A DNA stretch of 57,202 bases from NCBI GenBank assembly GCA_049591685.1, contig JBAWFH010000052.1; one strand, written 5' to 3'. Source of the DNA: Rhodococcus sp. (in: high G+C Gram-positive bacteria) (GTDB lineage Bacteria > Actinomycetota > Actinomycetes > Mycobacteriales > Mycobacteriaceae). Within the stretch, counting starts at the first letter, position 1. Every line of letters begins with the position of its first letter. Positions 21,233 through 32,948 of the stretch are shown piece after piece. Position numbers and translations under genes: made by a program. The notes under the pieces are model-generated. The model was not told the DNA's origin, did no database searches, and was given only the letters and a program-made list of their open reading frames with translations.

Positions 21233-22085
21233 GTTCCGCTCCCCCTCGTTGCCATGCGCCGACGACGGCAACCGCGTCGAGCGTCGAACGGGCGTCGTGC
21301 ACTCGAACGCCCCAGGCGCCGCCCGCGACAGCGAGCGCCGACACGACAGCGGTCGCTACCTCGCGTCCGTCGGGTGGACGCGGCTGATCGGCCGTCACCA
21401 GTAGTGATCCCAGAAAACGCTTGCGGGAGGCGCCGATCAGAATTGGTAATCCCAACTCGACGAATGTCGGTAATGCATTCAACAGCTGCCAATTGTGGCG
21501 CGCATTCTTGGCAAACCCGAGCCCGGGATCGAGAACGATGTTCGAGCGATCCACCCCGGCCGCGACTGCCAGCTCCACTTGCTCGAGCAGTTCGCGCCGA
21601 ACGTCGTCGACCACGTTGTCGTAGTGCGACGCTGCTCCCGAATGTGCATAGGAGCCCGCCGATTCGGTATTCGAGTCCGCCGCCCGCCAGTGCATCAGGA
21701 TCCACGGAATGCCTGCGTCGGCGACGACCGCGGCCATCTCCGGATCGGCTCGTCCGCCGGAAACGTCGTTGACGATGGACACGCCGGCATCGATTGCGGC
21801 GGTAGCCACGGACGCCCGCATCGTGTCCACGCTGGTGAGAATGCCCTGCTCGCTGAGAGCCGCGATGACGGGCACGACCCGTTCGGCTTCGACCTTCGGA
21901 TCGATGCGCTCGGCGCCGGGGCGGGTCGATTCACCCCCAACGTCGACGATGGCCACGCCCGCTCGGTGGAGCTCGACGCCGTGGGCGATGGCCGAGTCGA
22001 CGTCGAGGTATCGGCCACCGTCGGAAAACGAGTCGGCCGTGACGTTGAGGACGCCCATAACGACCGGGCCGCCGGGCAACTTCAT
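21225..22085 (-). CDS. folP: dihydropteroate synthase
   Basis: [45 protein letters not shown]. Confidence 0.98.
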   Translation of the reverse strand: MKLPGGPVVMGVLNVTADSFSDGGRYLDVDSAIAHGVELHRAGVAIVDVGGESTRPGAERIDPKVEAERVVPVIAALSEQGILTSVDTMRASVATAAIDAGVSIVNDVSGGRADPEMAAVVADAGIPWILMHWRAADSNTESAGSYAHSGAASHYDNVVDDVRRELLEQVELAVAAGVDRSNIVLDPGLGFAKNARHNWQLLNALPTFVELGLPILIGASRKRFLGSLLVTADQPRPPDGREVATAVVSALAVAGGAWGVRVHDARSTLDAVAVVGAWQRGGAEHE

Positions 22086-22729
22086 TTGCGCAGAATCAGA
22101 TCCAACGCCTCGGATCGAGACGCCGCACTCGACTGAAGGAGGCCGCGGACCGCAGACGTGGTGGTGCTCGCACCGGGCTTGCGGATACCGCGCATCGCCA
22201 TGCACAGATGCTCCGCCTCGATGACGACGATCGCACCGCGCGGATCCAGCTTGCGCATGACGGCGTCGGCGACCTGACTGGTCAAACGTTCCTGCACCTG
22301 CGGACGCTTGGAATACAGGTCGACCACGCGCGCAAGCTTGGACAGACCCGTCACCTTGCCGCTCTTGCCGGGAATGTAGCCGACGTGTGCGACACCGTGG
22401 AAAGAGACGAGGTGATGCTCGCAGGTGGAGAACATCGGGATGTCGCGCACGAGCACCAGTTCCTGATGGCCCTCGTCGAACGTCGTGTTCAACACCGAAT
22501 CGGGATCGACGTACAGGCCACCGAACATCTCGCGGTAAGCCCGAGCGACACGTGCCGGGGTGTCCGCCAGCCCTGCGCGATCCGGATCTTCGCCCACCGC
22601 GAGGAGCAACTCGCGGACGGCCGCCTCTGCGCGCGGTTGGTCGAACGTGTTTCCCGTCGCGACCGCGATGAGTTCGTTCTGCTCGCCTGCCACGGAAACA
22701 CCCTCGTCGTCGATCTGCCTGACTGACAC
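22082..22729 (-). CDS. folE: GTP cyclohydrolase I
   Basis: [32 protein letters not shown]. Confidence 0.98.
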   Translation of the reverse strand: MSVRQIDDEGVSVAGEQNELIAVATGNTFDQPRAEAAVRELLLAVGEDPDRAGLADTPARVARAYREMFGGLYVDPDSVLNTTFDEGHQELVLVRDIPMFSTCEHHLVSFHGVAHVGYIPGKSGKVTGLSKLARVVDLYSKRPQVQERLTSQVADAVMRKLDPRGAIVVIEAEHLCMAMRGIRKPGASTTTSAVRGLLQSSAASRSEALDLILRK

Positions 22730-22805
22730 GTGTCTCTACCTCCGGTTACGGGGCGTCGTTGCCCCAGGAATTGCTGTCAGCCTATCGCCGAGGTTGCCCG
22801 GCGCC

Positions 22806-25673
22806 CTACCGATGGCCGTTAGGGCCTTCCCACCGCTGAGTGCGCGGGCCCTCATCACCACCATGCTGGGGATCGTGCTGCTCAGGATCCTGCTGCTCGT
22901 TCTGCTGGGACTCGGGCGCCTCGCTCGGTCGATCGTGACCACCGAGGGGTAGACCGCCGAGTGGATCCCACTGCGAACCAGCGGGGTCGCGGTACTGCGG
23001 TGCCGGGTCGGCACCCCGACCCGCCTGTGGATCAGCGTGAGCGTCCCCGTCGCCGACGGGCTCCCGATGCTCCGGCGGCTGATACTGCGGCGGACGGTAC
23101 TGCGGGGGTTGATACGTCGGAGGTGTCTGATATGCGGGAGGCGACTGATACGTGGGCGGCGCCTGGTAGGTCGGCGGAGTCTGATCCGTCGGCGGGGTGG
23201 GCTCGCTGTATCGGTTGCCCTCGCTGTATCGGCTGCCGTTGTCGGGCCCGCCGGGGCGTCCGTTGGACCCGGCTGGATCGCGCGGGGGCCATCCAGGTGC
23301 CGACCAACCGGCCGGAGCACCGTAGTCGGGACGCGAGCCCTGTGGGCGCGGCTCGGGGTTTCGGTACGAGCCACCGGTGTGGTTGCCGCCGGCGTGCTGC
23401 CCGCTGTTCTGAGCGCCACTGTTCTGAGCGCCACCGTTCTGAGCGCCACCGTTCTGCGCGCCGCCGTTGTAGGGGGCACTGCCGCTGTACGGGGTACTGC
23501 CATACGGCTGCCCGGCGCCGCGACCGCCACCGTTGTAACCACCGCCGCCGTTGTAACCACCGCCGCCGTTCGGGCCACCGTAACCGGGCCCGGCGTTGGC
23601 GGGTGCGCCGTTGGTGGGGCCACCGTTGGTGTAGCCGTTCGGTGCGTTGCCCGCGCCGTATCCCTCAGGCGCCCCCTTGGTCAACTGCGGCGGGCCGGCG
23701 TAACTCGGTTGCGGCGCAATGGGCTTCGGAGCAATAGGCTGCGGCGGCCATGGCTCGCCGCGCTCGATGGCGAGTTCCCCCGGCGTCTTGACCGGTGGCT
23801 TGTCGGAGGGGATGCGATCACCGAAATCGTTGAACAACGTGATGCGCGGACGCTTGGCGACACCGGTGAAGATCTGTTCGAGATCCTTGCGGGTGAGGGT
23901 TTCACGCTCGAGCAATTCCGTAGCCAGCGTGTCGAGGACGTCGCGGTACTCGTTGAGGATCGCCCACGCTTCGGTGTGTGCTGCTTCGATGAGTTTGCGC
24001 ACTTCTTCGTCGATCTCGCGGGCGACTTCGTGCGAGAAATCGGACTGCACGCCCATCGAACGACCGAGGAACGGATCGCCCTGTTCTTGGCCGTACCGGA
24101 CGGCGCCGAGCTTGCTGCTCATGCCGTACTCGGTGACCATGGCGCGGGCAATCTTGGTGGCCTGGTCGATGTCGGAGGACGCGCCCGTGGTGGGCTCGTG
24201 GAACACGAGTTCTTCGGCGGCGCGGCCGCCCATGGCCATGACGAGACGAGCGATCATCTCCGACCGCGTCATGAGTCCCTTGTCGTCCTCGGGAACGGTC
24301 ATGGCGTGACCACCTGTACGACCGCGAGCCAGAATCGTCACCTTGTAGACCGGTTCGATGTCGGGCATCGCCCAGGCAGCCAGGGTGTGGCCGCCCTCGT
24401 GGTACGCCGTGATCTTCTTCTCGTGCTCACTGATGATGCGGCTCTTGCGGCGCGGCCCACCGACGACGCGGTCGACCGACTCCTCGAGCGCTTCCTCGGT
24501 GATGACGGTTCCGTTTTCGCGCGCGGTCAACAGCGCGGCCTCGTTGATGACGTTGGCCAGATCGGCGCCCGACATTCCGACGGTGCGCTTGGCCAGACCT
24601 TCGAGATCTGCATTCTGCGCGACGGGCTTGCCTGCGGAGTGAACGGCGAGGATGGCGCGACGACCCGCGAGATCTGGGGCGCCGACGGGAATCTGCCGGT
24701 CGAAGCGGCCGGGACGAAGAAGTGCCGGGTCGAGAATGTCGGGACGGTTGGTGGCCGCGATGAGGATGACGCCGGTGCGTTCACCGAAGCCGTCCATCTC
24801 GACGAGAAGCTGGTTGAGCGTCTGCTCGCGCTCGTCGTGGCCGCCGCCCATGCCTGCGCCTCGCTGGCGGCCGACTGCGTCGATCTCGTCGACGAAGATG
24901 ATGCAGGGGCTGTTCTGCTTGGCCTGCTCGAACAGGTCGCGAACACGCGACGCGCCGACACCGACGAACATCTCGACGAAGTCCGAACCGGAGATGGTGA
25001 AGAACGGTACGCCTGCCTCGCCTGCGACCGCGCGGGCGAGCAGTGTCTTACCGGTTCCGGGAGGGCCGTACAGCAGAACGCCACGTGGAATCTTGGCGCC
25101 GAGTGCCTGGTAGCGCGCCGGATTCTGCAGGAAGTCTTTGATCTCGTACAGTTCTTCGACGGCCTCGTCCGCGCCGGCGACGTCCTGGAACGTCGTCTTC
25201 GGCATGTCCTTGCTCAGCTGCTTGGCCTTCGACTTGCCGAAGCCCATGACGCCGCCGCGGCCACCGCCCTGCATCTTGCTCATGATGAAGATGAACACAC
25301 CGAGCAGGATCAACATCGGGAGCACGAAGAGCAGCAGAGACGAAACCCAGCTCTCCTGGCTGACGACCGTGTTGTAACTGTCGAGACCCTCGGCACTGAC
25401 CTTGTCGAAGATGGTTTCCGACGCGGAATCGGGGTACTTCGCGAGCACCTGCGTGTCGCCGTCGATGCCCTCTTTCAGGTACAGGCGGACCTGCTGTTCG
25501 CGATCGTCGATCTGGGCCTTCTCGACGTTCTGCGAATCCAGCTGGGCAATCGCCACCGACGTATCGACGGTTTTCCAGCCGCGGGTGTCGTTCCCGAAGT
25601 AGCTGAAGGCGAAGATCACCAGCAGGATGCCGAAAACGATGGCCAGGTTCCGTATTACTGTCTTCCGATTCAT
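22806..25673 (-). CDS. ftsH: ATP-dependent zinc metalloprotease with long disordered C-terminal tail
   Basis: Two TM segments, [32 protein letters not shown]. Confidence 0.98.
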   Translation of the reverse strand: MNRKTVIRNLAIVFGILLVIFAFSYFGNDTRGWKTVDTSVAIAQLDSQNVEKAQIDDREQQVRLYLKEGIDGDTQVLAKYPDSASETIFDKVSAEGLDSYNTVVSQESWVSSLLLFVLPMLILLGVFIFIMSKMQGGGRGGVMGFGKSKAKQLSKDMPKTTFQDVAGADEAVEELYEIKDFLQNPARYQALGAKIPRGVLLYGPPGTGKTLLARAVAGEAGVPFFTISGSDFVEMFVGVGASRVRDLFEQAKQNSPCIIFVDEIDAVGRQRGAGMGGGHDEREQTLNQLLVEMDGFGERTGVILIAATNRPDILDPALLRPGRFDRQIPVGAPDLAGRRAILAVHSAGKPVAQNADLEGLAKRTVGMSGADLANVINEAALLTARENGTVITEEALEESVDRVVGGPRRKSRIISEHEKKITAYHEGGHTLAAWAMPDIEPVYKVTILARGRTGGHAMTVPEDDKGLMTRSEMIARLVMAMGGRAAEELVFHEPTTGASSDIDQATKIARAMVTEYGMSSKLGAVRYGQEQGDPFLGRSMGVQSDFSHEVAREIDEEVRKLIEAAHTEAWAILNEYRDVLDTLATELLERETLTRKDLEQIFTGVAKRPRITLFNDFGDRIPSDKPPVKTPGELAIERGEPWPPQPIAPKPIAPQPSYAGPPQLTKGAPEGYGAGNAPNGYTNGGPTNGAPANAGPGYGGPNGGGGYNGGGGYNGGGRGAGQPYGSTPYSGSAPYNGGAQNGGAQNGGAQNSGAQNSGQHAGGNHTGGSYRNPEPRPQGSRPDYGAPAGWSAPGWPPRDPAGSNGRPGGPDNGSRYSEGNRYSEPTPPTDQTPPTYQAPPTYQSPPAYQTPPTYQPPQYRPPQYQPPEHREPVGDGDAHADPQAGRGADPAPQYRDPAGSQWDPLGGLPLGGHDRPSEAPESQQNEQQDPEQHDPQHGGDEGPRTQRWEGPNGHR

Positions 25674-25967
25674 ACAGCTTCAGCCGAGACGGCCTCGTCC
25701 TTTCCAGTCATCTCCAATGCGCGGATTCCGGCCGCACACCGGATACTCCAGGCTACCGCGAGGTACCGACGTTGCACCCCGAGGTCAGCGGACCAGACCG
25801 ACGCCCGGCCCGCGACATGCGCAGCAATTCTCGCGCTCGTACCCGTCCAACGCACCCGCGGGCCCGCTGGTTCCCCGAGGCTCGACCGCGGTAAGACCGC
25901 GTCACGACCGCGGCTCGGCCGCATCACGACCCGCGAGACACTGCCTGCGAATCGACGACGAGACCGA

Positions 25968-26522
25968 TCAGCCGCCGTACACGCGCGGCTCGAGCGTGCC
26001 GATGTACGGAAGATCGCGATACCGCTCGTTGTAATCGAGCCCGTAGCCGACGACGAACTCGTTCGGGATATCGAAGCCAACGTTGGCCACCTCGACGTCC
26101 ACCTTGATCGCGTCCGGCTTACGCAGCAACGTCACCACGGACAGCGACGCCGGATTGCGCGTCGCCAGGTTGCGCTTGAGCCACGACAACGTCAGACCGG
26201 AGTCGATGATGTCCTCGACGATGAGCACATTGCGCCCGTTGATGTCGCGATCGAGATCCTTCAGAATCCGCACCACGCCCGAGGACGACGTCGACGAACC
26301 GTACGAACTGACAGCCATGAATTCGAGTTGCGCCGGAATCGGCAATGCACGCGCAAAATCCGTCATGAACATGATCGCGCCCTTGAGGACGCCGACCAGC
26401 AACAGATCACCCTCGGGCGAATCCGGCGGGTACCGCTTCGCGATCTCCTCGGCCAACTCCGCAGTACGGGCTTTGATCTGCTCCTCGGAGATGAGAATCG
26501 ATTCGATGTCGCCCTCGTACAC
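25968..26522 (-). CDS. hpt: hypoxanthine phosphoribosyltransferase
   Basis: [31 protein letters not shown]. Confidence 0.98.
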   Translation of the reverse strand: MYEGDIESILISEEQIKARTAELAEEIAKRYPPDSPEGDLLLVGVLKGAIMFMTDFARALPIPAQLEFMAVSSYGSSTSSSGVVRILKDLDRDINGRNVLIVEDIIDSGLTLSWLKRNLATRNPASLSVVTLLRKPDAIKVDVEVANVGFDIPNEFVVGYGLDYNERYRDLPYIGTLEPRVYGG

Positions 26523-26587
26523 GGCGCGTCCCTTCGTAGGTTCTCGTCATTTCACACGGATTCCGCAAGCTCGGCACGCGCTCATCA

Positions 26588-26647
26588 GTCATTCCGCAAG
26601 CTCCACTCCAGTGCTTAACGGTCATTCCGCAAGCTCCACTCCAGTGC
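26588..26647. repeat. 27-bp direct repeat duplicating the tilS 3' end
   Basis: gtcattccgcaagctccactccagtgc at 26588 and 26621, plus a partial copy near 26560. Confidence 0.9.
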
Positions 26648-27589
26648 CATAGCAAGCCTGCCATGTCGACGCCCCACCACCAACCTCGCACCGGGAGGGC
26701 CCCCGCCCACCGCGACGCCGCCTTGCCCGCGCCAGGCGCCGATCAAGTCATCGACCAATCGTAATTGCTTGTCCGACATGCCTTTTGCGCCGCGTTGCAG
26801 TAACCACGAACGCACGGCGCGCCGTCGGAGAGCCGGGGGTTGATGCGTGAGCGTCGTCACGTCCAGTTCGTCTCCCACCGAGGCGGCCCGCAGGACGTCC
26901 ATGGCGAGAGCGTCCAGCACATCGGCGTCCTCACGCACCTGCGCCGCGGTTCGGCCGAGAGCTTCGCTCACGCCGCCACCGAGGACTTCGTCGAGCAGGG
27001 GCAGCACCTCGTGTCGCAATCGCACCCTGGTGAAACGTGGGTCTGCGTTGTGCGGGTCCTCGAACGGTGCGAGCCCGAGTTCCGCGCAAGCCTGTCGCGT
27101 CACCGACCGACGAACCCCGAGCAGTGGCCGCCCCCACGGCGGATCCCAGTCGGTCATTCCGGCGATCGACCGCGGGCCCGACCCGCGACCGAGACCGAGC
27201 AGAACCGTCTCCGCCTGGTCGTCGAGGGTGTGCCCGACGAGCACCACCCGGCCGTCGCGTGCCCCGTCGAGGGCGTCGTAACGCGCTTTCCGCGCTGCCG
27301 CTTCCATGCCGCCGTCGACTCCGACGGTGACCGTCAGAATTCGCGCGTCGACCGCTCCGAGCGTGACGGCAGTGCGCGCCGCACCGGCGGCTGTTGCGCC
27401 CGATGCCGGTTGGAGATCGTGGTCGACGATCAGCGCGCGGACGTCGTCCGCCTCGGCTACGACGGCAGCGGTCAGCGCCAGAGAATCGGCGCCACCGGAC
27501 AGTGCGACTGCCACCGGCCCGGGTCGTGCGCGCAGCCACGAGCGGACAGCATGCCTGACCTCGAGAATCGCCGGTCCTTCGGGGAGCAT
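26615..27589 (-). CDS. tilS: tRNA(Ile)-lysidine synthetase
   Basis: PP-loop SGGADS, EAAARKARY, HTLDDQAET, RPLL, DPHN; TGATG coupling with the upstream gene. Confidence 0.96.
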   Translation of the reverse strand: MLPEGPAILEVRHAVRSWLRARPGPVAVALSGGADSLALTAAVVAEADDVRALIVDHDLQPASGATAAGAARTAVTLGAVDARILTVTVGVDGGMEAAARKARYDALDGARDGRVVLVGHTLDDQAETVLLGLGRGSGPRSIAGMTDWDPPWGRPLLGVRRSVTRQACAELGLAPFEDPHNADPRFTRVRLRHEVLPLLDEVLGGGVSEALGRTAAQVREDADVLDALAMDVLRAASVGDELDVTTLTHQPPALRRRAVRSWLLQRGAKGMSDKQLRLVDDLIGAWRGQGGVAVGGGPPGARLVVGRRHGRLAMALEWSLRNDR

Positions 27590-28659
27590 CAGTTCAGTAC
27601 GCGCGCGATCCAGCGGTCGGGGTTCTCGATTTCGTCGAGCAGCGGCAACGTGGTGGCGTCGGTCCAGACCGTGTTGAACCGTTCCATGCCGACGACCCCG
27701 ACGACGTGGTCGACGAATGCCTTGCCGCGCACGTACTGTGCCATCTTCGCGTCCATCCCGAGGAGCGCGCGCACGAGCCGCTGCACCGGGTTCTGCTTGC
27801 GTCGCCGACGGCTGTCGAAGGCGCTGCGGATCGCCTCGACCGATGGAACCACCGCCGGTCCGACAGCGTCCATCACGTGATCGGCGTGCCCCTCGAGCAG
27901 GGTGCCCAGCACGAGCAGCCGATCGATCGCGTCTCGCTGCGCGGGTGCCTGCGTCGCGCGAAGGAGACCGACGATGCCCGCGTCCTCGGCGCGGTCGGAG
28001 TCCTTGCGGTTCTTCAGTGCGCTCGTCAACCTGCCGGCGAACTCGCCGACCGGTTCGTCGACCCCGTCGGACAGCACGGCCACCGAATCGCGCATGTACT
28101 CGCCCAGCCAGGGGGCCGACGAGAACTGCACCCGGTGCGTCACCTCGTGCAGGCACACCCAGAGCCGAAAGTCACTGGGAGAGACACGAAGTGCTCGTTC
28201 GACGGCGATGATGTTGGGGGCGACCAGCAGAAGCGTTCCGTGTTCGCCGGTGAACGGATCGTACTGACCGAGAATGGCGCTGGAGAGAAAAGCAAGCATT
28301 GCGCCCGCTTGCAGCCCGGCGGGTTTGCCTGCCAGAAGTCCGCTCGGCGCCTCGGCGTCGGATTCGCTGGTCAGGTGCTTCATGGACGCCGCGGCTGCGT
28401 CGATCCATCCCGCTCGGTCGACGATGCGGGCCTCCGGAACGGGAAGGCCGTCGGCGAGTCCTGTCGTGTCGCGAACGGGCCCTTCGGCGCGGATCGACGC
28501 GTCCGCGAGTTCGGCGAGCACGGCATCGGCGGTGTACCGCGACGTGGACGGTTCCTTCGGTGCCAGCTTCGCGCCCGTCTTGGAGGCAAGCGACCAGTCG
28601 ACGGCAGCTCCGAAATTGGACCTGCCCTCTCCCTTGTCGCTGGTTACGGTCTCGGTCAT
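27589..28659 (-). CDS. zinc-dependent metalloprotease (Rv3626c-like, Zincin_2)
   Basis: LGQYDP, LHEVTH (HExxH), LEGHADHVM, QYVRG. Confidence 0.9.
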   Translation of the reverse strand: MTETVTSDKGEGRSNFGAAVDWSLASKTGAKLAPKEPSTSRYTADAVLAELADASIRAEGPVRDTTGLADGLPVPEARIVDRAGWIDAAAASMKHLTSESDAEAPSGLLAGKPAGLQAGAMLAFLSSAILGQYDPFTGEHGTLLLVAPNIIAVERALRVSPSDFRLWVCLHEVTHRVQFSSAPWLGEYMRDSVAVLSDGVDEPVGEFAGRLTSALKNRKDSDRAEDAGIVGLLRATQAPAQRDAIDRLLVLGTLLEGHADHVMDAVGPAVVPSVEAIRSAFDSRRRRKQNPVQRLVRALLGMDAKMAQYVRGKAFVDHVVGVVGMERFNTVWTDATTLPLLDEIENPDRWIARVLN

Positions 28660-30074
28660 CGGCAACCACACAATCTGAGCGTCGACGCCACCGCATCCAG
28701 CGCGGGCCTCGACAATTCCGGGGGCCGGTCGTTGGACATGAGGGCGAACGTGAGTGCCCTGCCGTCGACGTCGACGACGTAGCCGGCGAGAGCGCTTGCT
28801 GTCGATAGTGTGCCAGTTTTGGCCCGCACCCATCCGGCACCGATGCGATCTGCGCTGGCGTAGCGGTCCGACAGCGTTCCCGTCGATCCGGCCACCGGCA
28901 GGTAGTCGAGCATGGGGCGTAGTTCGGGCCGTTCCGTTCCGGCGGCGGACGTAAGGATCGATTCGAGCAGTCGCGCGGGAATGCGGTTGTCGACGGAGAG
29001 GCCGCTGGCGTCGTGCAGCGTGACGTCGGCGAGGTCGTATCCGGCGGTGTACAGCGCCTGACCGATCGCGTCGATGGCGCCGGCGAACGACGCTGCGGTG
29101 TTGGTCTCGACGGCTATTTCACGCGCGACGGCTTCGGCGAGAACGTTGTCGGATCGGCCGATCATCTGGCCGAGCCGATCGCGCAGCGGCGCCGATTGCA
29201 CGCTGGCCACCTGGTCGGATCCGGCGGGAGCAGTCCCGATCGTCACGCGCGCGGGGTCGAGCCCCAACGCTCGGGCGAGCGCTCTGCCTGCGTCGAGGGC
29301 GGGCTCGGGGCTGCGTGCGGACTCGTCTTCCAGGGCGATCGAGCGACCACCATCGATCATGATCGGTTCGATGGGAGTGATGTAGCCGGCCGCGACATCG
29401 GGTTCGAACCAGCCCTTGGCCATCGTCGGGCCCTCGTAGATCGAGGTGTCGACGGCAATACGGTCGACCGGCACGCTCGATTTGCGAATCTGCTCGACCA
29501 TGTCGTCGATGCGCGCCGAGCCCGGATAGAAGCCGGGGCTGCCGGTCGGCTGGGCGGTGATGGTGGGATCGCCGGCTGCGATGACGACGATCTCGCCGTC
29601 GGATTGGCCCTTGACCACACGCGTCGTCAGGCGGTGCTCCGCCGGGAGTGCCAGCATCGCCGCCGCCGCCGTCAATACTTTCGTCGTCGACGCAGGGGTC
29701 ATCGGCGCGTTCGAATCTTCCGACCAGAGAACGTCTCCGGTGACCGCGTCGGCGACCGAGCCGGTGAAATTGCCCAGACCGGCGGCGCCGACGACAGGGG
29801 CCAGCGCGGCTGCGAGTCCCGCCGGAGTCGGGGCGGGCGCGGTGTCGGGAAGGGGCGCAATGGCGGGACTGAGTGTTACCGGATCGGGTTCGGGAGCAGT
29901 TTCGGCTTCCGAGCTGCCCGAGTCGCGGGTGGGAACGATCGCGGCGACGGCCGTGCCTCCGGCAGCGACGAGAACGACCACCCCGAGAACGAGCAGAGAT
30001 CGTGTCTTGCGCCGCTTTCGACCGGCGGTCGGACCGAGAAACCGCTTCCGCAACCCCGCCAACGTCTCCTCCAT
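28656..30074 (-). CDS. dacB: D-alanyl-D-alanine carboxypeptidase/endopeptidase (peptidase S13)
   Basis: PASTTK (SxxK), SDN, DASGLS, KTGTL. Start uncertain (30074 ATG or 30062 TTG). Confidence 0.93.
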   Translation of the reverse strand: MEETLAGLRKRFLGPTAGRKRRKTRSLLVLGVVVLVAAGGTAVAAIVPTRDSGSSEAETAPEPDPVTLSPAIAPLPDTAPAPTPAGLAAALAPVVGAAGLGNFTGSVADAVTGDVLWSEDSNAPMTPASTTKVLTAAAAMLALPAEHRLTTRVVKGQSDGEIVVIAAGDPTITAQPTGSPGFYPGSARIDDMVEQIRKSSVPVDRIAVDTSIYEGPTMAKGWFEPDVAAGYITPIEPIMIDGGRSIALEDESARSPEPALDAGRALARALGLDPARVTIGTAPAGSDQVASVQSAPLRDRLGQMIGRSDNVLAEAVAREIAVETNTAASFAGAIDAIGQALYTAGYDLADVTLHDASGLSVDNRIPARLLESILTSAAGTERPELRPMLDYLPVAGSTGTLSDRYASADRIGAGWVRAKTGTLSTASALAGYVVDVDGRALTFALMSNDRPPELSRPALDAVASTLRLCGCR

Positions 30075-30195
30075 CGGTGTCCGAACTGCCCGGCGGCAGC
30101 AACGCCAACAGTATCCCCGGGTCCGGTACGCTTGCGCCGCCACCACCGTGCGTCACACGAGACGTACGCCAGTACAAGAAGAGCGAGGGCTGCAC

Positions 30196-30687
30196 GTGCC
30201 GTTCGACGTCACCATCGAGATCCCCAAGGGTCAGCGCAACAAGTACGAGGTAGACCACGAAACCGGTCGCGTACGCCTCGACCGCTACCTGTACACGGCG
30301 ATGGGATACCCGGCCGATTACGGCTTCATCGAGGGCACCCTGGGCGAGGACGGCGATCCGCTCGACGCGTTCGTTCTGCTTCCCGAGTCCGTGTTTCCCG
30401 GCGTCGTCGTCGAGGCCCGTCCCGTCGCAATGTTCAAGATGGTCGACGAAGCAGGCGGCGACGACAAGGTTCTCTGCGTCCCCGCAGGTGACCAACGTTG
30501 GGACCACATCCAGGATCTCGGCGACGTGTCGACGTTCGAGCTCGACGCCATCAAGCACTTCTTCGTTCACTACAAGGACCTCGAGCCGAACAAGCACGTC
30601 ACGGCAGCCGACTGGGTGGGCCGCGCGGAGGCAGAAGCCGAAATCGCTGCGTCGTTCCAGCGTTTGAAGGACAATCCGGGGCACTGA
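30196..30687 (+). CDS. ppa: inorganic pyrophosphatase
   Basis: [37 protein letters not shown]. Confidence 0.98.
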   Translation: MPFDVTIEIPKGQRNKYEVDHETGRVRLDRYLYTAMGYPADYGFIEGTLGEDGDPLDAFVLLPESVFPGVVVEARPVAMFKMVDEAGGDDKVLCVPAGDQRWDHIQDLGDVSTFELDAIKHFFVHYKDLEPNKHVTAADWVGRAEAEAEIAASFQRLKDNPGH

Positions 30688-30797
30688 CCTACTCGGGACT
30701 GTATCTTCCGGAGAGGGGTTCGAGGAGTTCTTTTCAGGCTCCTCCAGCGGGATCGACAGGTACGGCTCGACGAGCGAAGCATCAGGTGGGGAGAACC

Positions 30798-31247
30798 ATG
30801 ACCGACAGCAATGCGACGGGTGAACGGCGAAACTCGGATTCACGCGCCATTTCCGATCCGACTCAGTTCCCCGACCTGCCGGTGACGGTAGTGCTCGACC
30901 GCATCCCCGTCCCGATCCTCGCTGTCGACCCCAATGGTGGAATCGTCTTCGCCAACGAGGCGTTCGACGAGCTGTTCGGCACCGACCGATCCGAGCGTTC
31001 GGACTTCCACCTGCACGATATCTTCCCCGACCAGGCGCCCGAAGGCGTCAACGTCGCGGACATGTTTCTCACGACGGTCGCCACCCGCGCGGATTCACTG
31101 TGGCGGATGACCGACAAGACCGGGGACGTGGTTCAAGTTCGCGCAAGTAAGTCGATTCTGCGACGCGCCGAGGACACGGTCGTGCTGGTCGCGCTGGAAG
31201 ATTTCACCGATCAGCTCTGGAACGACCCGAAGAGCGCCCTGCGCTGA
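30798..31247 (+). CDS. stand-alone PAS-domain protein
   Basis: VLDRIPVPILAVDPNGGIVFANEAFDELFG...VLVALEDFT, a typical PAS signature; RBS ggggaga. Confidence 0.8.
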   Translation: MTDSNATGERRNSDSRAISDPTQFPDLPVTVVLDRIPVPILAVDPNGGIVFANEAFDELFGTDRSERSDFHLHDIFPDQAPEGVNVADMFLTTVATRADSLWRMTDKTGDVVQVRASKSILRRAEDTVVLVALEDFTDQLWNDPKSALR

Positions 31248-31316
31248 CTCAGCCATTCGCGATGCGCGGTCTGCTTCCAAGCAGGCTGCGCATTGCCGGA
31301 TGTACGTGTTGAACGG

Positions 31317-32402
31317 TCAGTATTCGGTTGTCATGGCCCTGTTTCCACCCGAGCGTTTCGCCTCGTACATCGCAGCGTCCGCTCGCAACAGCGCTGCGTG
31401 CACCATCTCCCCGGCTTCGGGCACCGGCAGTTCTTTCCAACGGCGTACCGACAGGGTGGCCCCACCGACGCTTCCCGTCACCGGGATGTCGTCGGTCTCC
31501 TCCTGTAGAGCGCTGGCCAGCCGGTCACCCATCGCGCTGATCGCCGATGCGTCTGCGGGTTCGAAGCTCGCCGCGACCGTAAACTCCTCACCGCCGGTGC
31601 GGGCGACGCAAGATCCCTCGGGTACCGCCGCCGCGAGCCGCCTCGCAGTCGTACGCAATACGGCATCGCCTGCGGCGTGGCCATGCGTGTCGTTGACGTA
31701 TTTGAAGCGATCGAGATCGACGACGAACACCGCGACGATGCCGTCCTCCTCAGTACCCACCAGCAACCTGTCGATCTGGATCTCGAATCCGCGACGGTTG
31801 AGCAGACCGGTCAGCGAGTCGGTGTTCGCCAGATCGAGCTGAGCCTTGATGACGGTGCGGAAGACGATCACGGAGTTGACGACCACCAGCGTGATGAGCG
31901 TCTGCGCCACGATCGATGCCACGTCGTGGGTTTCTTCGAAGGCTGCGCCGACGGCGATCACCACGATGACCGTGCTGACGAAAGCGTAGTGCAGGCGTAG
32001 CACCGACCGGGTCGAGAAGTAAGCGATGTAGATGCCGATGACGGCGAAGAGCACCGATGCGTGCAGCGCCAGACCGCGATCCGACAGAGTGAACAGAACG
32101 CCGGCGACGCCGAGGTCGGCGTAGGCCACGAACCAGCCGGGCATACGAACGACTTCTCGGCCGTGAATCCACCACCATGCACCGACTGGCAATGTCGAGA
32201 GCAGCACCAGCACGCAGAACACGCGTCGCGGTGTGGAGCTGGGGCCCTCCTCGGAGAGCATGGCCACGGTTCCGATGACGGCGAACATGGGAACGAGAAT
32301 GGCGATTCCCAGCCCCACTCGCCGTTCGAGTCGTTCCGCGGCACTGCTCTTCGTGCGTCCACGCACAGCACGTGCGACCCACCGACCGGCGGTTCCCGGC
32401 AC
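31317..32402 (-). CDS. membrane diguanylate cyclase
   Basis: TM helices, DSLTGLLNRRG, DLDRFKYVND, intact GGEEF, ADAAMYEAK. Confidence 0.92.
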   Translation of the reverse strand: MPGTAGRWVARAVRGRTKSSAAERLERRVGLGIAILVPMFAVIGTVAMLSEEGPSSTPRRVFCVLVLLSTLPVGAWWWIHGREVVRMPGWFVAYADLGVAGVLFTLSDRGLALHASVLFAVIGIYIAYFSTRSVLRLHYAFVSTVIVVIAVGAAFEETHDVASIVAQTLITLVVVNSVIVFRTVIKAQLDLANTDSLTGLLNRRGFEIQIDRLLVGTEEDGIVAVFVVDLDRFKYVNDTHGHAAGDAVLRTTARRLAAAVPEGSCVARTGGEEFTVAASFEPADASAISAMGDRLASALQEETDDIPVTGSVGGATLSVRRWKELPVPEAGEMVHAALLRADAAMYEAKRSGGNRAMTTEY

Positions 32403-32446
32403 CGCGCCTCCCCCACTTCTCTTCGCTGCCTCGCGCGAAGCGAGGG

Positions 32447-32947
32447 TCAGTTGCGTCCGTCGCGGGACGCCTGTCTGTCGGGTCTCACCCGTTCGTAGTC
32501 GGTGAGGAACCGGTCGAGCAGACCGACCAGCGCGGCTCGGTCGTCCGGTGACCAGTCTTCGATGACAAGTCCGAGGTTGGCGGTCCGTTGACGATGCATG
32601 CGGTCGGCGACGATGCGTCCGGTTTCGGTGACCGCAAGGACGTAGGCGCGGCCGTCGAGCCGATCACGGACCCGCTCGACGTGACCGTGATCGACCAGCT
32701 GCGCGACCTGACGGCTCACCGTCGAAGGATCCGAGTTGATCAGAGCGGCAAGCTCACTCGATCGCATCGGCCCGTCGCGCAGCAACCTGAACAGGCAAAC
32801 GAACGCGGCGCCTTCCACCCCCTCGGACTCGGCAGACAATTGGGCAAGCTTCCGTTCGCGGATGCGCTGCAACCGCACGAGCTGGGTGCCCAGCAGTTCG
32901 GCGTGGTCGACCTGCTCGGCGGGGTAGTGCGTCAGCGCGTCGGTCAT
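32447..32947 (-). CDS. MarR-family regulator
   Basis: GPMRSSELA...DPSTVSRQVAQL...DGRAYVLAVTETG. Confidence 0.9.
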   Translation of the reverse strand: MTDALTHYPAEQVDHAELLGTQLVRLQRIRERKLAQLSAESEGVEGAAFVCLFRLLRDGPMRSSELAALINSDPSTVSRQVAQLVDHGHVERVRDRLDGRAYVLAVTETGRIVADRMHRQRTANLGLVIEDWSPDDRAALVGLLDRFLTDYERVRPDRQASRDGRN

Positions 32948-32948
32948 G

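Noticed and set aside
23037..26618. 1193-aa plus-strand ORF, and similar long antisense ORFs such as 10167-11792, 29119-30843 and 799-2481
   Set aside because: Shadow frames overlapping well-supported genes (ftsH/hpt, clpC1, dacB/ppa, mutY) in high-GC DNA, with no recognisable motifs.
27590..28156. Apparent tilS N-terminal extension (513-aa ORF)
   Set aside because: Overlaps the metalloprotease gene out of frame; Arg-rich nonsense sequence.
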